A stretch of 64,000 bases of DNA from an uncultured cyanobacterium (GCA_963793425.1 CAWCAG010000007.1:1-64000); one strand, 5' to 3'; counted from the stretch's first letter, positions 1 through 11,440 are shown. Notes: generated by a model from the sequence alone, not told the origin. A program made the numbers and translations.

Positions 1-800
1 AATGAAATAAAGGATATAACCCCTGTTGCAACTCTAACTAATTTATATAGGCTTTACCTGGAGGAAAATGAAATAAAGGATATAACCCCTGTTGCAACTC
101 TAACTAATTTAGATGGGCTTGACCTGGGGGAAAATGAAATAAAGGATATAACCCCTGTTGCAACTCTAACTAATTTAGATGGGCTTGACCTGGGAGAAAA
201 TCAAATAGAGGATATAACCCCTGTTGCCACTCTAACTAATTTATATGAGCTTTACCTGGGAGAAAATCAAATAGAGGATATAACCCCTGTTGCCACTCTA
301 ACTAATTTATATAGGCTTTACCTGGAGGAAAATGAAATAAAGGATATAACCCCTGTTGCAACTCTAACTAATTTAGACTGGCTTGACCTGGGGGAAAATG
401 AAATAAAGGATATAACCCCTGTTGCAACTCTAACTAATTTATATGGGCTTCACCTGGAGGAAAATGAAATAAAGGATATAACTCCTGTTGCAACTCTAAC
501 TAATTTATATGAGCTTTACCTGGGGGTAAATGAAATAGAGGATATAACATCCCTATCTTCTTTAACTAATCTGACTGGGCTTGACCTGGGGGAAAATCAA
601 ATAAAGGATATAACCCCTTTGTCTTCTCTCACTAATTTGACTCGGCTTTGGCTGGGGGAAAATGAAATAGAGGATATAACATCCCTATCTTCTTTAACTA
701 ATTTAGGCTGGCTTGACCTGGGGGAAAATCAAATAAAGGATATAACCCCTTTGTCTTCTCTGACTAATTTGACTTGGCTTAAACTGTGGGGAAATCCAAA
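1..800 (+). repeat. 66-bp tandem coding repeat array, about 12 units
   Basis: Units start with AAT at 40, 106, 172 ... 766, with exact 66-bp period. Confidence 0.95.
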
Positions 801-864
801 GCTTACTAACAAAACTTGCCCAGTTGAACCGTCCTCTATTTGTATTTTTGAACCTTCTGAATAA
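1..864 (+). CDS. Internalin-type LRR protein A (5' end outside window)
   Basis: Frame open from base 1 to TAA 862-864. 22-aa repeats NLxxLxLxxNEIKDITPVATLT, then the cap KLWGNPKLTNKTCPVEPSSICIFEPSE. Confidence 0.9.
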   Translation, partial: NEIKDITPVATLTNLYRLYLEENEIKDITPVATLTNLDGLDLGENEIKDITPVATLTNLDGLDLGENQIEDITPVATLTNLYELYLGENQIEDITPVATLTNLYRLYLEENEIKDITPVATLTNLDWLDLGENEIKDITPVATLTNLYGLHLEENEIKDITPVATLTNLYELYLGVNEIEDITSLSSLTNLTGLDLGENQIKDITPLSSLTNLTRLWLGENEIEDITSLSSLTNLGWLDLGENQIKDITPLSSLTNLTWLKLWGNPKLTNKTCPVEPSSICIFEPSE

Positions 865-986
865 CTTTCCCCATCAGCTTCTTGATATTCCTCTAACAAA
901 AACTTAAACAACTACCTCTGGTACGCCCCTACTAAAAGACAACTTCCGTGTTTCAGTAAAATGTCCTTAAATCGAGGAATTGGCAA

Positions 987-2944
987 ATGAGAATTAACAA
1001 ACAAAGTCAGCGCTGGAGAGTAGTGATGTCTAAAATGAGCTTCTCCTTATGGAGACGCTACGCGAATGTTTATGCAGTTGTTGCTTTAGGTGTTGGTGGT
1101 AGTTGGCATCAAGCAACGGCTCAAGGGCAGCAGTTTGAAACCTTTGCTCAATGGTGCGAAAATCGAGAAACTTTAACCAGTGAGGCGCGACATACTGTTG
1201 AGGTTTTGTTGAGGGAAGCTGATACTGAAGATTGCCAGCTTGCTGAGGAGCAATTAACTAATTTGACTTCGCTTTACCTGGGGGCAAATGAAATAAAGGA
1301 TATAACTCCTATTGCAACTCTAACTAATTTGACTTCGCTTAACCTGGGGGGAAATGAAATAAAGGATATAACCCCTGTTGCCACTCTAACTAATTTAGAC
1401 TGGCTTCACCTGGGGGGAAATGAAATAAAGGATATAACTCCTGTTGCAACTCTAACTAATTTGACTTGGCTTTACCTGGGGGAAAATAAAATAAAGGATA
1501 TAACCTCTGTTGCAACTCTAACTAATTTAGGCGGGCTTAACCTGGGGGAAAATAAAATAAAGGATATAACTCCTGTTGCAACTCTAACTAATTTGACTTC
1601 GCTTAACCTGGAGGGAAATGAAATAAAGGATATAACTCCTGTTGCAACTCTAACTAATTTGACTTCCCTTAGCCTGTGGGAAAATCAAATAAAGGATATA
1701 ACTCCTGTTGCAACTCTAACTAATTTGACTTCGCTTAACCTGGGGGGAAATGAAATAAAGGATATAACCCCTGTTGCCACTCTAACTAATTTAGACTGGG
1801 CTTTACCTGGGGGAAAATGAAATAAAGGATATAACCCCTGTTGCAACTCTAACTAATTTGACTTGGGCTTAACCTGGGGGAAAATGAAATAAAGGATATA
1901 ACCCCTGTTGCAACTCTAACTAATTTGACTTCGCTTAACCTGGGGGGAAATGAAATAAAGGATATAACCCCTGTTGCAACTCTAACTAATTTGACTGGCT
2001 TAACCTGGGGGAAAATGAAATAAAGGATATAACCCCTGTTGCAACTCTAACTAATTTGACTTAGCTTGACCTGGGGGAAAATGAAATAAAGGATATAACC
2101 CCTGTTGCAACTCTAACTAATTTAGACTGGGCTTGACCTGGGGGAAAATCAAATAAAGGATATAACCCCTGTTGCAACTCTCACTAATTTGACTCGGCTT
2201 GACCTGGAGGGAAATGAAATAAAGGATATAACCCCTGTTGCAACTCTAACTAATTTAGACTGGCTTCACCTGGGGGAAAATGAAATAAAGGATATAACCC
2301 CTGTTGCAACTCTAACTAATTTAGACTGGCTTCACCTGGGGGAAAATGAAATAAAGGATATAACCCCTGTTGCAACTCTAACTAATTTGACTTGGCTTGA
2401 CCTGGGGGAAAATGAAATAAAGGATATAACCCCTGTTGCAACTCTAACTAATTTAACTAGGCTTCACCTGGGGGCAAATGAAATAAAGGATATAACCCCT
2501 GTTGCAACTCTAACTAATTTGACTTCGCTTGACCTGGGGGCAAATGAAATAAAGGATATAACCCCTGTTGCAACTCTAACTAATTTAACTAGGCTTGACC
2601 TGGGGGAAAATGAAATAAAGGATATAACCCCTGTTGCAACTCTAACTAATTTATACTGGCTTTACCTGGGGGAAAATGAAATAAAGGATATAACCCCTGT
2701 TGCAACTCTAACTAATTTAATTTGGCTTGACCTGGGGGAAAATGAAATAAAGGATATTACCCCTTTATCTTCTCTCACTAATTTGAATTTGCTTGAGCTG
2801 GGGGAAAATGAAATAGAGGATATTACCCCTTTGTCTTCTCTCACTAATTTGACTGAGCTTAAACTGTGGGGAAATCCAAAGCTTACTAACAAAACTTGCC
2901 CAGTTGAACCACAATCTATTTGTATTTTTGAACCTTCTGAATAA
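987..2944 (+). pseudogene. Secreted internalin-type LRR protein B, about 25 LRRs; frame disrupted at 1797-2131 (real or assembly artefact)
   Basis: ORFs 987..1820 and 2189..2944 are one array. Signal-like N-terminus (ATA-Q), Cys N-cap (WC...DC), same C-cap as gene A. Indels near 1800, 1866, 1997 and 2131; TAG at 2062-2064 in repeat register. Confidence 0.85.
1260..2880 (+). repeat. 66-bp tandem coding repeat array, 24 full units plus a terminal unit
   Basis: Unit starts 1260, 1326 ... 1788, 1855, 1922, 1988, 2053, 2119, 2186 ... 2846. Confidence 0.95.
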
Positions 2945-3180
2945 CTTTCCCCATCAACCCCTCAATATCCCCATAACAATAAAGTTAAGCAACAACCAAC
3001 TTGTAGCAGACTCTTTTCTATTTCACATCACAGCCCTTAAGAAATGAGATTAGTCATTAACTATAGCGATAAATCCTTATCTATGAGAGGATAGCCAATT
3101 GTATAGGAAAAATACCTTTGTGGTTTTCCTCTAAGTTTGTTATTCTTCAGCTTTCATACCCCAGCCTTCTGCTATTAAAT

Positions 3181-4971
3181 ATGCAACCGCAAAACTTGCT
3201 GCATCGGACAAAGATTGTTGCCACCATTGGCCCTGCTACAGCTAAACCGGAAGTGCTTCGTAGGCTTATTGAAGCCGGGGCAACTACTTTGCGGCTCAAC
3301 TTTTCCCACGGAACTCATGAAGATCACCAGCGTAGTATACGCTTAATTCGTCAGACAGCTTTTGAGTTGAATACTCCTGTGGGTATTCTCCAAGACTTAC
3401 AAGGGCCAAAAATTCGCTTAGGTAAGTTTGAAGGTGGCCCCATCAAATTAGAAAAAGGTGATCCTTATATTATCACCAGTCGCCAAGTTCCCTGTACCCA
3501 AGAAATTGGCTTTGTTAGCTATAAACCCATAGCAGAAGAAGTCCCTGAAGGAGCAAAAATTCTCCTTGATGATGGCAAAGTGGAAATGCTGGTGGAAAAG
3601 GTTGATCCTAGTCGCCAAGAATTACATTGTCGTGTGGTTGTTGAAGGTATTCTTTCTGATAATAAAGGGGTTAACTTCCCCGGAGTTTATCTTTCTGTCC
3701 GTGCTTTAACGGAAAAAGATCGTACTGATTTAACTTTTGGTTTAGATCAAGGGGTTGATTGGATTGCTTTGAGTTTTGTTTGCAACCCCCAAGATGTCTT
3801 AGAAATTAAAGAATTAATTGCTAGTGCCGGTAAATCAGTTCCAGTAATTGTCAAAATTGAAAAACATGAAGCTATTGAACAGATGGAAGCTATCCTTTCT
3901 TTGTCTGATGGGGTAATGGTAGCCAGGGGAGATTTAGGGGTAGAGTTACCAGCCGAGGATGTACCAATTTTACAAAAACGTCTCATTCGTACTGCCAATG
4001 AGTTAGGGATTCCTGTCATCACCGCAACACAAATGCTTGACAGTATGTTAAACAACCCCCGCCCCACCCGTGCTGAAGTTTCTGATGTTGCCAATGCTAT
4101 CCTTGATGGTACAGATGCAGTCATGCTCTCTAATGAAACTGCGGTGGGTAAGTATCCTGTCGAAGCTGTGGGTACAATGGCGAAAATTGCTGCTCGCATT
4201 GAACAGGAACAAACCCCTCCTATTCGGGAGCGTCCCCGCAGACGCTCTATTACCCATGCTATTTCCCAAGCAGTAAGTCAGATTGCCGCAGAGTTAGATG
4301 CCGCAGCGATTATGACTTTAACCAAAAGTGGGGCCACTGCCCGGAATGTTTCTAAGTTCCGACCTCAAACTCGCATTTTAGCAGTTACTCCCCATGTTCA
4401 TGTAGCAAGGCAATTACAGCTAGTTTGGGGTGTGAAGCCTCTGTTAGTCCTGGATCTTCCTTCTGCGGGTCAAACCTTCCAAGCAGCGATTAACGTGGCA
4501 CAGGAGCTTAATCTGCTCTCTGAGAGGGATTTAGTCGTCATGACAGCAGGAACTCTCCAAGGGGTTTCTGGTTCCACTGACTTGATTAAAGTAGAAGTGG
4601 TTACTTCTGTTTTAGGGCAAGGCATTGGCATTGGGGAAGGCTCTGTAAGTGGTTTGGCAAGGGTAGTTCATTACCCTGAAGAAATTGGTCATTTTAATCC
4701 TGGAGAAATTTTAGTCGCCCCTTCTACCAATGCAAACTTTATTGAGGTGATTCGTAAAGCCGGGGGGATTATCACTGAAGAAGAAAGCCTGACTAGTCAT
4801 GCAGCAATCATTGGTTTGCGTTTAGGCATTCCGGTAATTGTGGGGGTAAAAAAAGCGACGGAGGTAATTAGGGAAGGGGCAATTCTAACTTTAGATGCCC
4901 AACAAGGGGTAATTTATTCTGGGGCAACAGCATCAAATCAACCTAATCCTGGTATGACACCAATTCTTTGA
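3181..4971 (+). CDS. pyk: Pyruvate kinase with C-terminal PEP-utilising swivel domain
   Basis: RTKIVATIGPA, RLNFSHG, MVARGDLGVE, TSHAAI; likely ATG at 3181. Confidence 0.97.
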   Translation: MQPQNLLHRTKIVATIGPATAKPEVLRRLIEAGATTLRLNFSHGTHEDHQRSIRLIRQTAFELNTPVGILQDLQGPKIRLGKFEGGPIKLEKGDPYIITSRQVPCTQEIGFVSYKPIAEEVPEGAKILLDDGKVEMLVEKVDPSRQELHCRVVVEGILSDNKGVNFPGVYLSVRALTEKDRTDLTFGLDQGVDWIALSFVCNPQDVLEIKELIASAGKSVPVIVKIEKHEAIEQMEAILSLSDGVMVARGDLGVELPAEDVPILQKRLIRTANELGIPVITATQMLDSMLNNPRPTRAEVSDVANAILDGTDAVMLSNETAVGKYPVEAVGTMAKIAARIEQEQTPPIRERPRRRSITHAISQAVSQIAAELDAAAIMTLTKSGATARNVSKFRPQTRILAVTPHVHVARQLQLVWGVKPLLVLDLPSAGQTFQAAINVAQELNLLSERDLVVMTAGTLQGVSGSTDLIKVEVVTSVLGQGIGIGEGSVSGLARVVHYPEEIGHFNPGEILVAPSTNANFIEVIRKAGGIITEEESLTSHAAIIGLRLGIPVIVGVKKATEVIREGAILTLDAQQGVIYSGATASNQPNPGMTPIL

Positions 4972-5016
4972 TAAGGTTATCAACGTAATTTAAGTGAATT
5001 ACCAACTGGTTGAAAA

Positions 5017-5652
5017 TTACTGATCGCTGTTAACTGAAGTTGCCCACTCTCTTATTTTCTTGCGGATCATTCTTCTGCCTTCGGTACGATATTGATTAAT
5101 TATCAGAGGAATTTGTTGGACAGGAAGATTAGGAAAAACTAAACTCTGTTGCGATTCTTGATATTCCTCATTTTCTCCTAACAAATAAACCTTGAGTTTT
5201 CCTTGGGTGTAACACCACAATTCCGGTATTCCCAAACGAGCATATATCGGAAAACGATTTAAAGATTTATTAGTAATATCAATTTCTAAAATTAAATCTG
5301 GAGGAGGATCTTGGTCTAAATCATAAGCTAATTTACCCCGAATCTTCGATTCATTTTGAAAGTAAAAACAATTATCTGGCTCAATACCTGCCATTTTTGC
5401 TTGTTTACGCCAAGTAGTTGAGCCTAAACTTTCATAATCTCTTTCTAAGACTTCGGCAATATCTTGAATAGCAATACCAATATTTTCTTTATAATATTCG
5501 TGTTCGGGCAAGGGAGTCATTATTTCTAACGTTCCGTTATCATAGGCAAGACGGGCTGCACGACTTTCCCCTAAATTGACCAAGATATTCTCAAATTGTT
5601 GCCAACTAAAGTTATGTAATAATACTCTATCTGCACGACGTTGAGTAAGCAT
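5017..5652 (-). CDS. Uma2 family endonuclease-like protein
   Basis: LEIMTPLPEHE, EPDNCFY, PPPDLILEIDIT, YARLGIPELW. Confidence 0.9.
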   Translation of the reverse strand: MLTQRRADRVLLHNFSWQQFENILVNLGESRAARLAYDNGTLEIMTPLPEHEYYKENIGIAIQDIAEVLERDYESLGSTTWRKQAKMAGIEPDNCFYFQNESKIRGKLAYDLDQDPPPDLILEIDITNKSLNRFPIYARLGIPELWCYTQGKLKVYLLGENEEYQESQQSLVFPNLPVQQIPLIINQYRTEGRRMIRKKIREWATSVNSDQ

Positions 5653-5723
5653 GATAATTTTAGTATTACTAAGTATAAGAATTTAAGGAAATTTGAGATC
5701 ACCCTGTCTCCAGTACCTCTCCA

Positions 5724-6254
5724 TTACTTAACCGAAACCATCCGTTTGCGTAAAGATTCTGCTCTTTTCTTAGCAACATTATTTTCTGGTTCGTACTTAA
5801 GGGCTTCTTCGTAACTTTCTAAAGCTTTAGTTGCTAATTGCTTTTTTTCGTAAACGTGACCTAAATTATTCCAAGGAGTAACATAACTGGGATTTTGCTT
5901 AACAGCATCTTTGTAGTTACGAATAGCTAAATCATATTGCTCTTGAGCGAAATAAGCATAACCCAGAGCATTGTAGATTAAACCTTGATTCTCTGGCTCT
6001 ATTTCTTCCTTGCTTTTCAGGGCTTTTTGTAGTAAAGCAACTGCCTGAACAAAAAGCTTTTTATCAAGATAAATACTTCCTAATTCATAATATTCTTGGG
6101 CTGTTCCCTTTTCCTTTTGAAGCTTCTTTTGAAGCTTACCCAGGGTGACTTCTTTTTTACGGATTTTGAGTACCTGACGCAAAATGAAGATAGCAGATAA
6201 ACCTAAGATGACTAATAAGGTGGAAAGATAAATTATAGGAAGAGAATTGTCCAT
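5724..6254 (-). CDS. ycf37: TPR membrane protein Ycf37 (PSI assembly)
   Basis: N-terminal TM helix plus three TPRs (YYELGSIYL, YNALGYAYF, WNNLGHVYE). Confidence 0.8.
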   Translation of the reverse strand: MDNSLPIIYLSTLLVILGLSAIFILRQVLKIRKKEVTLGKLQKKLQKEKGTAQEYYELGSIYLDKKLFVQAVALLQKALKSKEEIEPENQGLIYNALGYAYFAQEQYDLAIRNYKDAVKQNPSYVTPWNNLGHVYEKKQLATKALESYEEALKYEPENNVAKKRAESLRKRMVSVK

Positions 6255-6370
6255 TTTTTTTAAAGATATTAATTAGAGATTTATTAATTAAGCACTATTT
6301 TTCTCCTAGCTTTAGCATTTTAACATTAGCCTAGCTAGGAGATCCCAGACTTAAGATAATTTATAATCTT

Positions 6371-7153
6371 TCAAGGTAAACCCCAATAAGTTGCCCTTTG
6401 GCGCAGCCAACCTGAATTATGCCAGCCTGTAATCGTCCTATTTACTTGTTGTCTTAATTTGCTATATTGCAATCCCCTCGGCATAATTATCCCTAATGGT
6501 TCACCAGATAAATAGAGGGGTAGTTGGCGATATTGAGGGTATTCTTGTTCCCACCCTGTGAGGATAGTAATATCTCCAGCAAATGCTTCTGCTTGATTAT
6601 TTTCCAATAGTTGCCATGCTTGTTGGTAAGATTCAACCCCGACTAATTTAGCTTGGGGTAAATGGTATCTGATAACAGCAATGGTACTGGAGTTTTCTAA
6701 TACGGCAATTGTACTTTGAGTAAAATCAGTTAATTTTCCTTTGGAGCTATTTTTAGTGATTAAACCCGTGCCATCCAAGTAATAATAAGGGCTAAAATCA
6801 ACTACCCTAGCGCGGGAATCCGTGAATGTTACCCTCGCAATAGCGATATCTACTTCATCGTTGAGGACTGCTTGAAAACGCTCTAAATTAGTGATAGGTT
6901 TAAAAATTATGGCTTCAGAGTCACCCAATAATTCTGCTGCTAAACCTTTAGCAATATCTATTTCTAATCCTGCTAATTCCCCTTGTTCGTCCTGAAAGCT
7001 AAGGGGAGGTAAGTTATCTTTAACTCCCACAATCAACTTACCCCGGCGTTCAATCTCTTCTAACTCTGCGGCGTAGGAAGAAAGAGAAGAAACCGATAAA
7101 GCGACAAAAGCACTAGCTAATAGTAAGCTCAAAGATGTTGTTCTTAACCACAT
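6371..7153 (-). CDS. Polar amino-acid ABC transporter substrate-binding protein (family 3)
   Basis: Signal peptide; RGKLIVGVKDNLPPL, GLEIDIA, VDFSPYY. Confidence 0.9.
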   Translation of the reverse strand: MWLRTTSLSLLLASAFVALSVSSLSSYAAELEEIERRGKLIVGVKDNLPPLSFQDEQGELAGLEIDIAKGLAAELLGDSEAIIFKPITNLERFQAVLNDEVDIAIARVTFTDSRARVVDFSPYYYLDGTGLITKNSSKGKLTDFTQSTIAVLENSSTIAVIRYHLPQAKLVGVESYQQAWQLLENNQAEAFAGDITILTGWEQEYPQYRQLPLYLSGEPLGIIMPRGLQYSKLRQQVNRTITGWHNSGWLRQRATYWGLP

Positions 7154-7230
7154 TTTTTAAAACTTTGATTCTGAAAAGGTAATAAGAAACAAGAATCAGC
7201 AATTTGTTATCCGGCTTTAGTGTAGACAAA

Positions 7231-7265
7231 TATTACCTATTACCTATTACCTATTACCTGTTACC
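7231..7265. repeat. STRR-type heptamer repeat (TATTACC) x5
   Basis: Seen directly downstream of rplT. Confidence 0.85.
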
Positions 7266-7268
7266 GAA

Positions 7269-7622
7269 TTATTCAGCTTTACTTGCTGTTTCCAATACTT
7301 TACTAAAAGCAGGAGGATCAAGAACAGCCAGTTGCGCTAATATCTTCCGATTAAGTTGAATATCCGACTTCTTTAACTTATTAATTAACTGACTGTAGCT
7401 CATGCCCTGTTGACGTGCTGCTGCGTTAATTCGGGCAATCCAGAGACGACGGAAATCGCGCTTTTTCTTGCGGCGATCGCGGTAAGCATTACGCAATGCT
7501 TTCATTACCTGTTGATTAGCCGTGCGGAAAAGTTTGGAGTGAGAACCCCGAAAACCTTTAGCTAGTTTGAGAATTTTTTTGCGGCGTTTGCGAGCAACAT
7601 TGCCCCGTTTTACCCTAGTCAT
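7269..7622 (-). CDS. rplT: 50S ribosomal protein L20
   Basis: [26 protein letters not shown] ... [11 protein letters not shown]. Confidence 0.99.
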   Translation of the reverse strand: MTRVKRGNVARKRRKKILKLAKGFRGSHSKLFRTANQQVMKALRNAYRDRRKKKRDFRRLWIARINAAARQQGMSYSQLINKLKKSDIQLNRKILAQLAVLDPPAFSKVLETASKAE

Positions 7623-7676
7623 AATTGATGTTTATTTTTTCTTTATAAATGTTAACAGTTGCCAATACTTGATTAA

Positions 7677-7874
7677 TTACATATAAGGCATCATCAAGCG
7701 AACATTTTTTTCGTCATTTTCATGCACTTGAGTAGCATTAGAAAGACGACGTTTCCTATCTTCTCCTTTGTGCTGAAGGAGGTGGTTTTTGTAAGCTTTA
7801 CGGCGCATGATTTTCCCTGTGCCTGTTTTCCGAAAACGTTTTGCCGCAGCTCTACGGGTTTTTAGTTTAGGCAT
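7677..7874 (-). CDS. rpmI: 50S ribosomal protein L35
   Basis: [21 protein letters not shown]; directly upstream of rplT. Confidence 0.99.
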   Translation of the reverse strand: MPKLKTRRAAAKRFRKTGTGKIMRRKAYKNHLLQHKGEDRKRRLSNATQVHENDEKNVRLMMPYM

Positions 7875-8198
7875 GACTATTTTGATTTAAGACACAATTC
7901 ACTACTATACAACACAAAGGGAGCAGGGAGCCACGGATAATTGGGTATAATCGCCTCAAAGTAGCTTCGTATTTCGTAACATTTAACCAAAAGAGAGTTG
8001 CAAAATTGAGATCCTTTTTTAGGGAACCTCATTCTTTGGGCAACTTTCCAACTCGTGGGAAACCCCTACCAAAAAGGTTTGGTTTTCCGTGGGGTAAGAA
8101 CTACCTGGAATCTTTACAATGGGCTTAGTAGCTATTGATGCAAGTTATTTATAAACAAAAAACGAAACCTCAAGTTAAGAGAGAGGGTAAATAAAAGA

Positions 8199-10820
8199 AT
8201 GCAACCTAATAATCCCAATCAATTTACAGAAAAAGCCTATGGCGCAATCTCCCGTACTCCAGAGATTGCTAAAAGTAACAATCATCAAAAAATTGAGAGC
8301 GAACATTTATTCAAAGCTTTATTGGAACAAAAAGGGCTAGCTAACTCCATTTTTAATCGGGCTGAAGTTAGTTTAGTCAAATTAGAAGCAAAAACTGACG
8401 CATTTATTGCCAGCCAGCCAAAGGTTGCCAATGTTAGTGAATCAGTTTATTTAGGTCAAAGTTTAGATAGTTTACTTGACAGAGCAGAAAAATATCGTAC
8501 TCAGTTTGACGATGATTATATTTCTATTGAACATATAATCCTGGGCTACTGCCAAGATAAGCGTTTTGGTAAAACTATTTTCCAAGAACTAGGCTTAAAA
8601 GAAAAGACCCTAAAAGAAATTATCGAACAAATAAGAGGTTCTCAAAAGGTGACAGATCAAAATCCTGAAAATAAGTACGAATCTTTAGAAAAATTTGGTC
8701 GCGATCTCACTGAACTGGCGGAGAAAGGTAAGCTAGATCCGGTGATTGGTAGGGATGATGAGATTCGCCGCACAATTCAAATTCTCTCCCGTAGAACTAA
8801 AAATAATCCGGTGTTAATTGGGGAACCGGGAGTTGGGAAAACTGCTATTATTGAAGGCCTTGCTCAACGAATTGTTAGTCGCGATGTACCAGAATCTTTG
8901 CGCGATCGCCAAGTAATTGCTTTGGATATGGGGGCTTTGATTGCTGGGGCGAAGTATCGCGGGGAATTTGAAGAGCGTCTCAAAGCGGTATTAAAAGAAG
9001 TTACCGACTCCAAAGGGCAAATCATCATGTTTATTGATGAGATTCATACGGTGGTTGGGGCTGGCGCTACCCAAGGGGCAATGGATGCAGGGAACTTACT
9101 TAAGCCCATGTTAGCCCGTGGAGAGTTGCGTTGTATTGGGGCAACAACTTTAGATGAGTATCGCAAGTATATTGAAAAAGATGCAGCTTTAGAGCGGCGT
9201 TTCCAGGAAGTATATGTTAGTGAACCGACTGTTCCTGATACCATTTCTATTTTACGGGGACTTAAGGAGCGTTATGAGGTTCACCACGGGGTGAAAATCG
9301 CTGATACGGCGGTAGTTGCAGCAGCGATGCTTTCTAATCGTTATATTAGCGATCGCTTCTTACCAGATAAAGCTATTGATTTGATGGATGAAGCCGCAGC
9401 ACGGTTGAAGATGGAAATTACTTCTAACCCAGAAGAACTTGATGAGATTAATCGTAAGGTCTTGCAATTAGAAATGGAACGTCTTTCTTTAGGAAAAGAA
9501 GATGATGCTATTTCTCGGCAACGCTTAGAAAAGCTGGAAAAAGAGTTAGCTAATTTAAAAGAAGAACAAAGTCAGCTTAAGGCGCAATGGGAATCGGAAA
9601 AACAGGTTATTGATGATATTCGCACCGTTAAAGAAAGCATTGAGCAGGCTAATGTGGAAATTCAACAAGCTGAGAGGGATTATGACTATAACCGGGTGGC
9701 GGAATTACGTTATGGCAAGTTAGCAGAATTGGAACGCCAGAAGCAAGAAACGGAAGCCAAACTCGAAGAGATGCAAACTGGCGGTAGTACTTTGTTGCGG
9801 GAAGAGGTGAAGGAGTCGGATATTGCGGAGATTATTTCTAAGTGGACAGGCATTCCGATTAGTAAGTTAGTCGAGTCGGAAAAGGCTAAACTGCTTAACC
9901 TTGAAGATGAACTTCATGAACGAGTTGTGGGGCAAGATGAGGCGGTAACTGCTGTTGCGGATGCAATCCAACGCTCTAGGGCTGGTTTAGCTGATCCTAA
10001 TCGTCCTATTGCTAGTTTTATTTTCCTTGGTCCTACGGGGGTTGGTAAAACTGAGTTAGCTAAGGCTTTGGCGAAGAATCTGTTTGATACGGAAGAGGCG
10101 ATTGTACGCATTGATATGTCGGAGTATATGGAAAAACACTCTGTCTCTCGCCTGATGGGTGCGCCTCCGGGATATGTTGGTTATGAACAAGGAGGGCAGC
10201 TAACGGAAGCAATTCGCCGTCGTCCTTATTCTGTAATCCTCTTTGATGAAATTGAAAAAGCACACCATGATGTTTTCAACGTCATGTTGCAAATCCTCGA
10301 TGATGGGCGCTTAACCGATGCTCAAGGTCATGTGGTAGATTTCAAAAACAGCATCATCATCATGACCAGTAATATTGGTTCTCAGTTTATTTTAGATATT
10401 GCTGGGGATGACTCTCGATACAACGAAATGCACGGCAGGGTAATGGAAACTATGCGGGCTAGTTTCCGTCCGGAATTTATTAACCGGGTTGATGAAATTA
10501 TCATCTTCCGTAGCTTAGTGAAAGAACAGTTGCGCCTAATTGTGCAACAACAGGTAGAGCGTTTAAGAGAGCGTTTAGAAGAACAGAAAATATCTCTCAA
10601 ACTGGCTGATGCTGCCCTAGATTTCTTAGCTGAGGTTGGTTATGATCCCGTTTATGGTGCTAGACCTTTAAAACGCGCTGTACAAAGGTATTTGGAGACT
10701 GCGATCGCTAAGTCACTTCTAAAAGGAGATTTTAAAGGAGGAGATACTATCTTTGTTGATGTGGAAGATGAACGTTTAACTTTTAATCGTTTAGGAGCAT
10801 TGCAAATAACTGGTTCTTAA
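8199..10820 (+). CDS. clpB: ATP-dependent chaperone ClpB
   Basis: Two AAA+ modules ([16 protein letters not shown]), coiled-coil M domain, YGARPLKR. Confidence 0.98.
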   Translation: MQPNNPNQFTEKAYGAISRTPEIAKSNNHQKIESEHLFKALLEQKGLANSIFNRAEVSLVKLEAKTDAFIASQPKVANVSESVYLGQSLDSLLDRAEKYRTQFDDDYISIEHIILGYCQDKRFGKTIFQELGLKEKTLKEIIEQIRGSQKVTDQNPENKYESLEKFGRDLTELAEKGKLDPVIGRDDEIRRTIQILSRRTKNNPVLIGEPGVGKTAIIEGLAQRIVSRDVPESLRDRQVIALDMGALIAGAKYRGEFEERLKAVLKEVTDSKGQIIMFIDEIHTVVGAGATQGAMDAGNLLKPMLARGELRCIGATTLDEYRKYIEKDAALERRFQEVYVSEPTVPDTISILRGLKERYEVHHGVKIADTAVVAAAMLSNRYISDRFLPDKAIDLMDEAAARLKMEITSNPEELDEINRKVLQLEMERLSLGKEDDAISRQRLEKLEKELANLKEEQSQLKAQWESEKQVIDDIRTVKESIEQANVEIQQAERDYDYNRVAELRYGKLAELERQKQETEAKLEEMQTGGSTLLREEVKESDIAEIISKWTGIPISKLVESEKAKLLNLEDELHERVVGQDEAVTAVADAIQRSRAGLADPNRPIASFIFLGPTGVGKTELAKALAKNLFDTEEAIVRIDMSEYMEKHSVSRLMGAPPGYVGYEQGGQLTEAIRRRPYSVILFDEIEKAHHDVFNVMLQILDDGRLTDAQGHVVDFKNSIIIMTSNIGSQFILDIAGDDSRYNEMHGRVMETMRASFRPEFINRVDEIIIFRSLVKEQLRLIVQQQVERLRERLEEQKISLKLADAALDFLAEVGYDPVYGARPLKRAVQRYLETAIAKSLLKGDFKGGDTIFVDVEDERLTFNRLGALQITGS

Positions 10821-10831
10821 AGATAGCCCTG

Positions 10832-10868
10832 TAGTAGTGTGACACATTTTAGTTGTGTCATGCTACTA
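10832..10868 (+). terminator. Stem-loop after clpB
   Basis: tagtagtgtgacaca / tgtgtcatgctacta: 15-bp stem with 2 G-U pairs, 7-nt loop. Confidence 0.6.
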
Positions 10869-10877
10869 GTAGTTGCG

Positions 10878-10938
10878 TGAGTTGAATTTTAACACGAATG
10901 CTAATCTGTATGCGATCGCACCTAAATCTTGTATCAGT
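10878..10938 (+). repeat. About 60-bp HIP1-containing direct repeat, copy 1
   Basis: Nearly identical to 14551-14611. Confidence 0.85.
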
Positions 10939-11018
10939 TATTTCTACCTAAGCTGCATAGTTTAGGACTTTAGGATTTAGTATGATTTTGGAGAAAAACC
11001 AGGGTATAAAATTGAGCT

Positions 11019-11105
11019 ATGGCAGAAGTTACACAGAATAAGGAGCGAGAAGAGCGAATTGAGATGGAAATTGTGGTAGATGCCTATAGCCCAGAAGAGC
11101 AGGCT
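11019..11105 (+). pseudogene. 5' fragment of a CcbP-like calcium-binding protein gene
   Basis: REERIEMEIVVDAYSPEEQA resembles the CcbP N-terminus; the frame then runs antisense into the next gene. Confidence 0.6.
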
Positions 11106-11440
11106 GTTGAAAATGGCGAAAGTAGACTATCTAATCGAAAATTCAAAGGGGAAAGTTCAGAATTTCTAAGTATTAAGCCAAAGTTTACCCATGCAAAAAG
11201 ACTAGCTATAGCTATAATAGGAAGTGTATGTGCATCAATTTTCTCAATGGTTGTAAATGGTGTAATGATAATAATAATTGCTGTCGAGCTAGATGCTAGA
11301 GAAAAAGATAGTAATTTAGGAATCTTAGATTGATCATTTCCAAATTCATTAATTAAATGGCTGGAACTAAAACCAAGAGTTGCAAGTAAGAGTATTACAA
11401 TTAGCCTAATTATATAGATAAACAATAATACCATCCTCAT
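11084..11440 (-). CDS. Small membrane protein, hypothetical
   Basis: Three hydrophobic segments; AT-rich; 3' end probably chimeric. Confidence 0.5.
   Translation of the reverse strand: MRMVLLFIYIIRLIVILLLATLGFSSSHLINEFGNDQSKIPKLLSFSLASSSTAIIIIITPFTTIEKIDAHTLPIIAIASLFAWVNFGLILRNSELSPLNFRLDSLLSPFSTACSSGL

Noticed and set aside
1..2880. 66-bp periodic array as a CRISPR array
   Set aside because: Period is 22 codons of LRR; variable parts are single codons rather than unique spacers; no cas genes.
1..2880. LRR variation as classical DGR adenine mutagenesis
   Set aside because: Most adenines in the unit are invariant, and no template repeat or RT is present.
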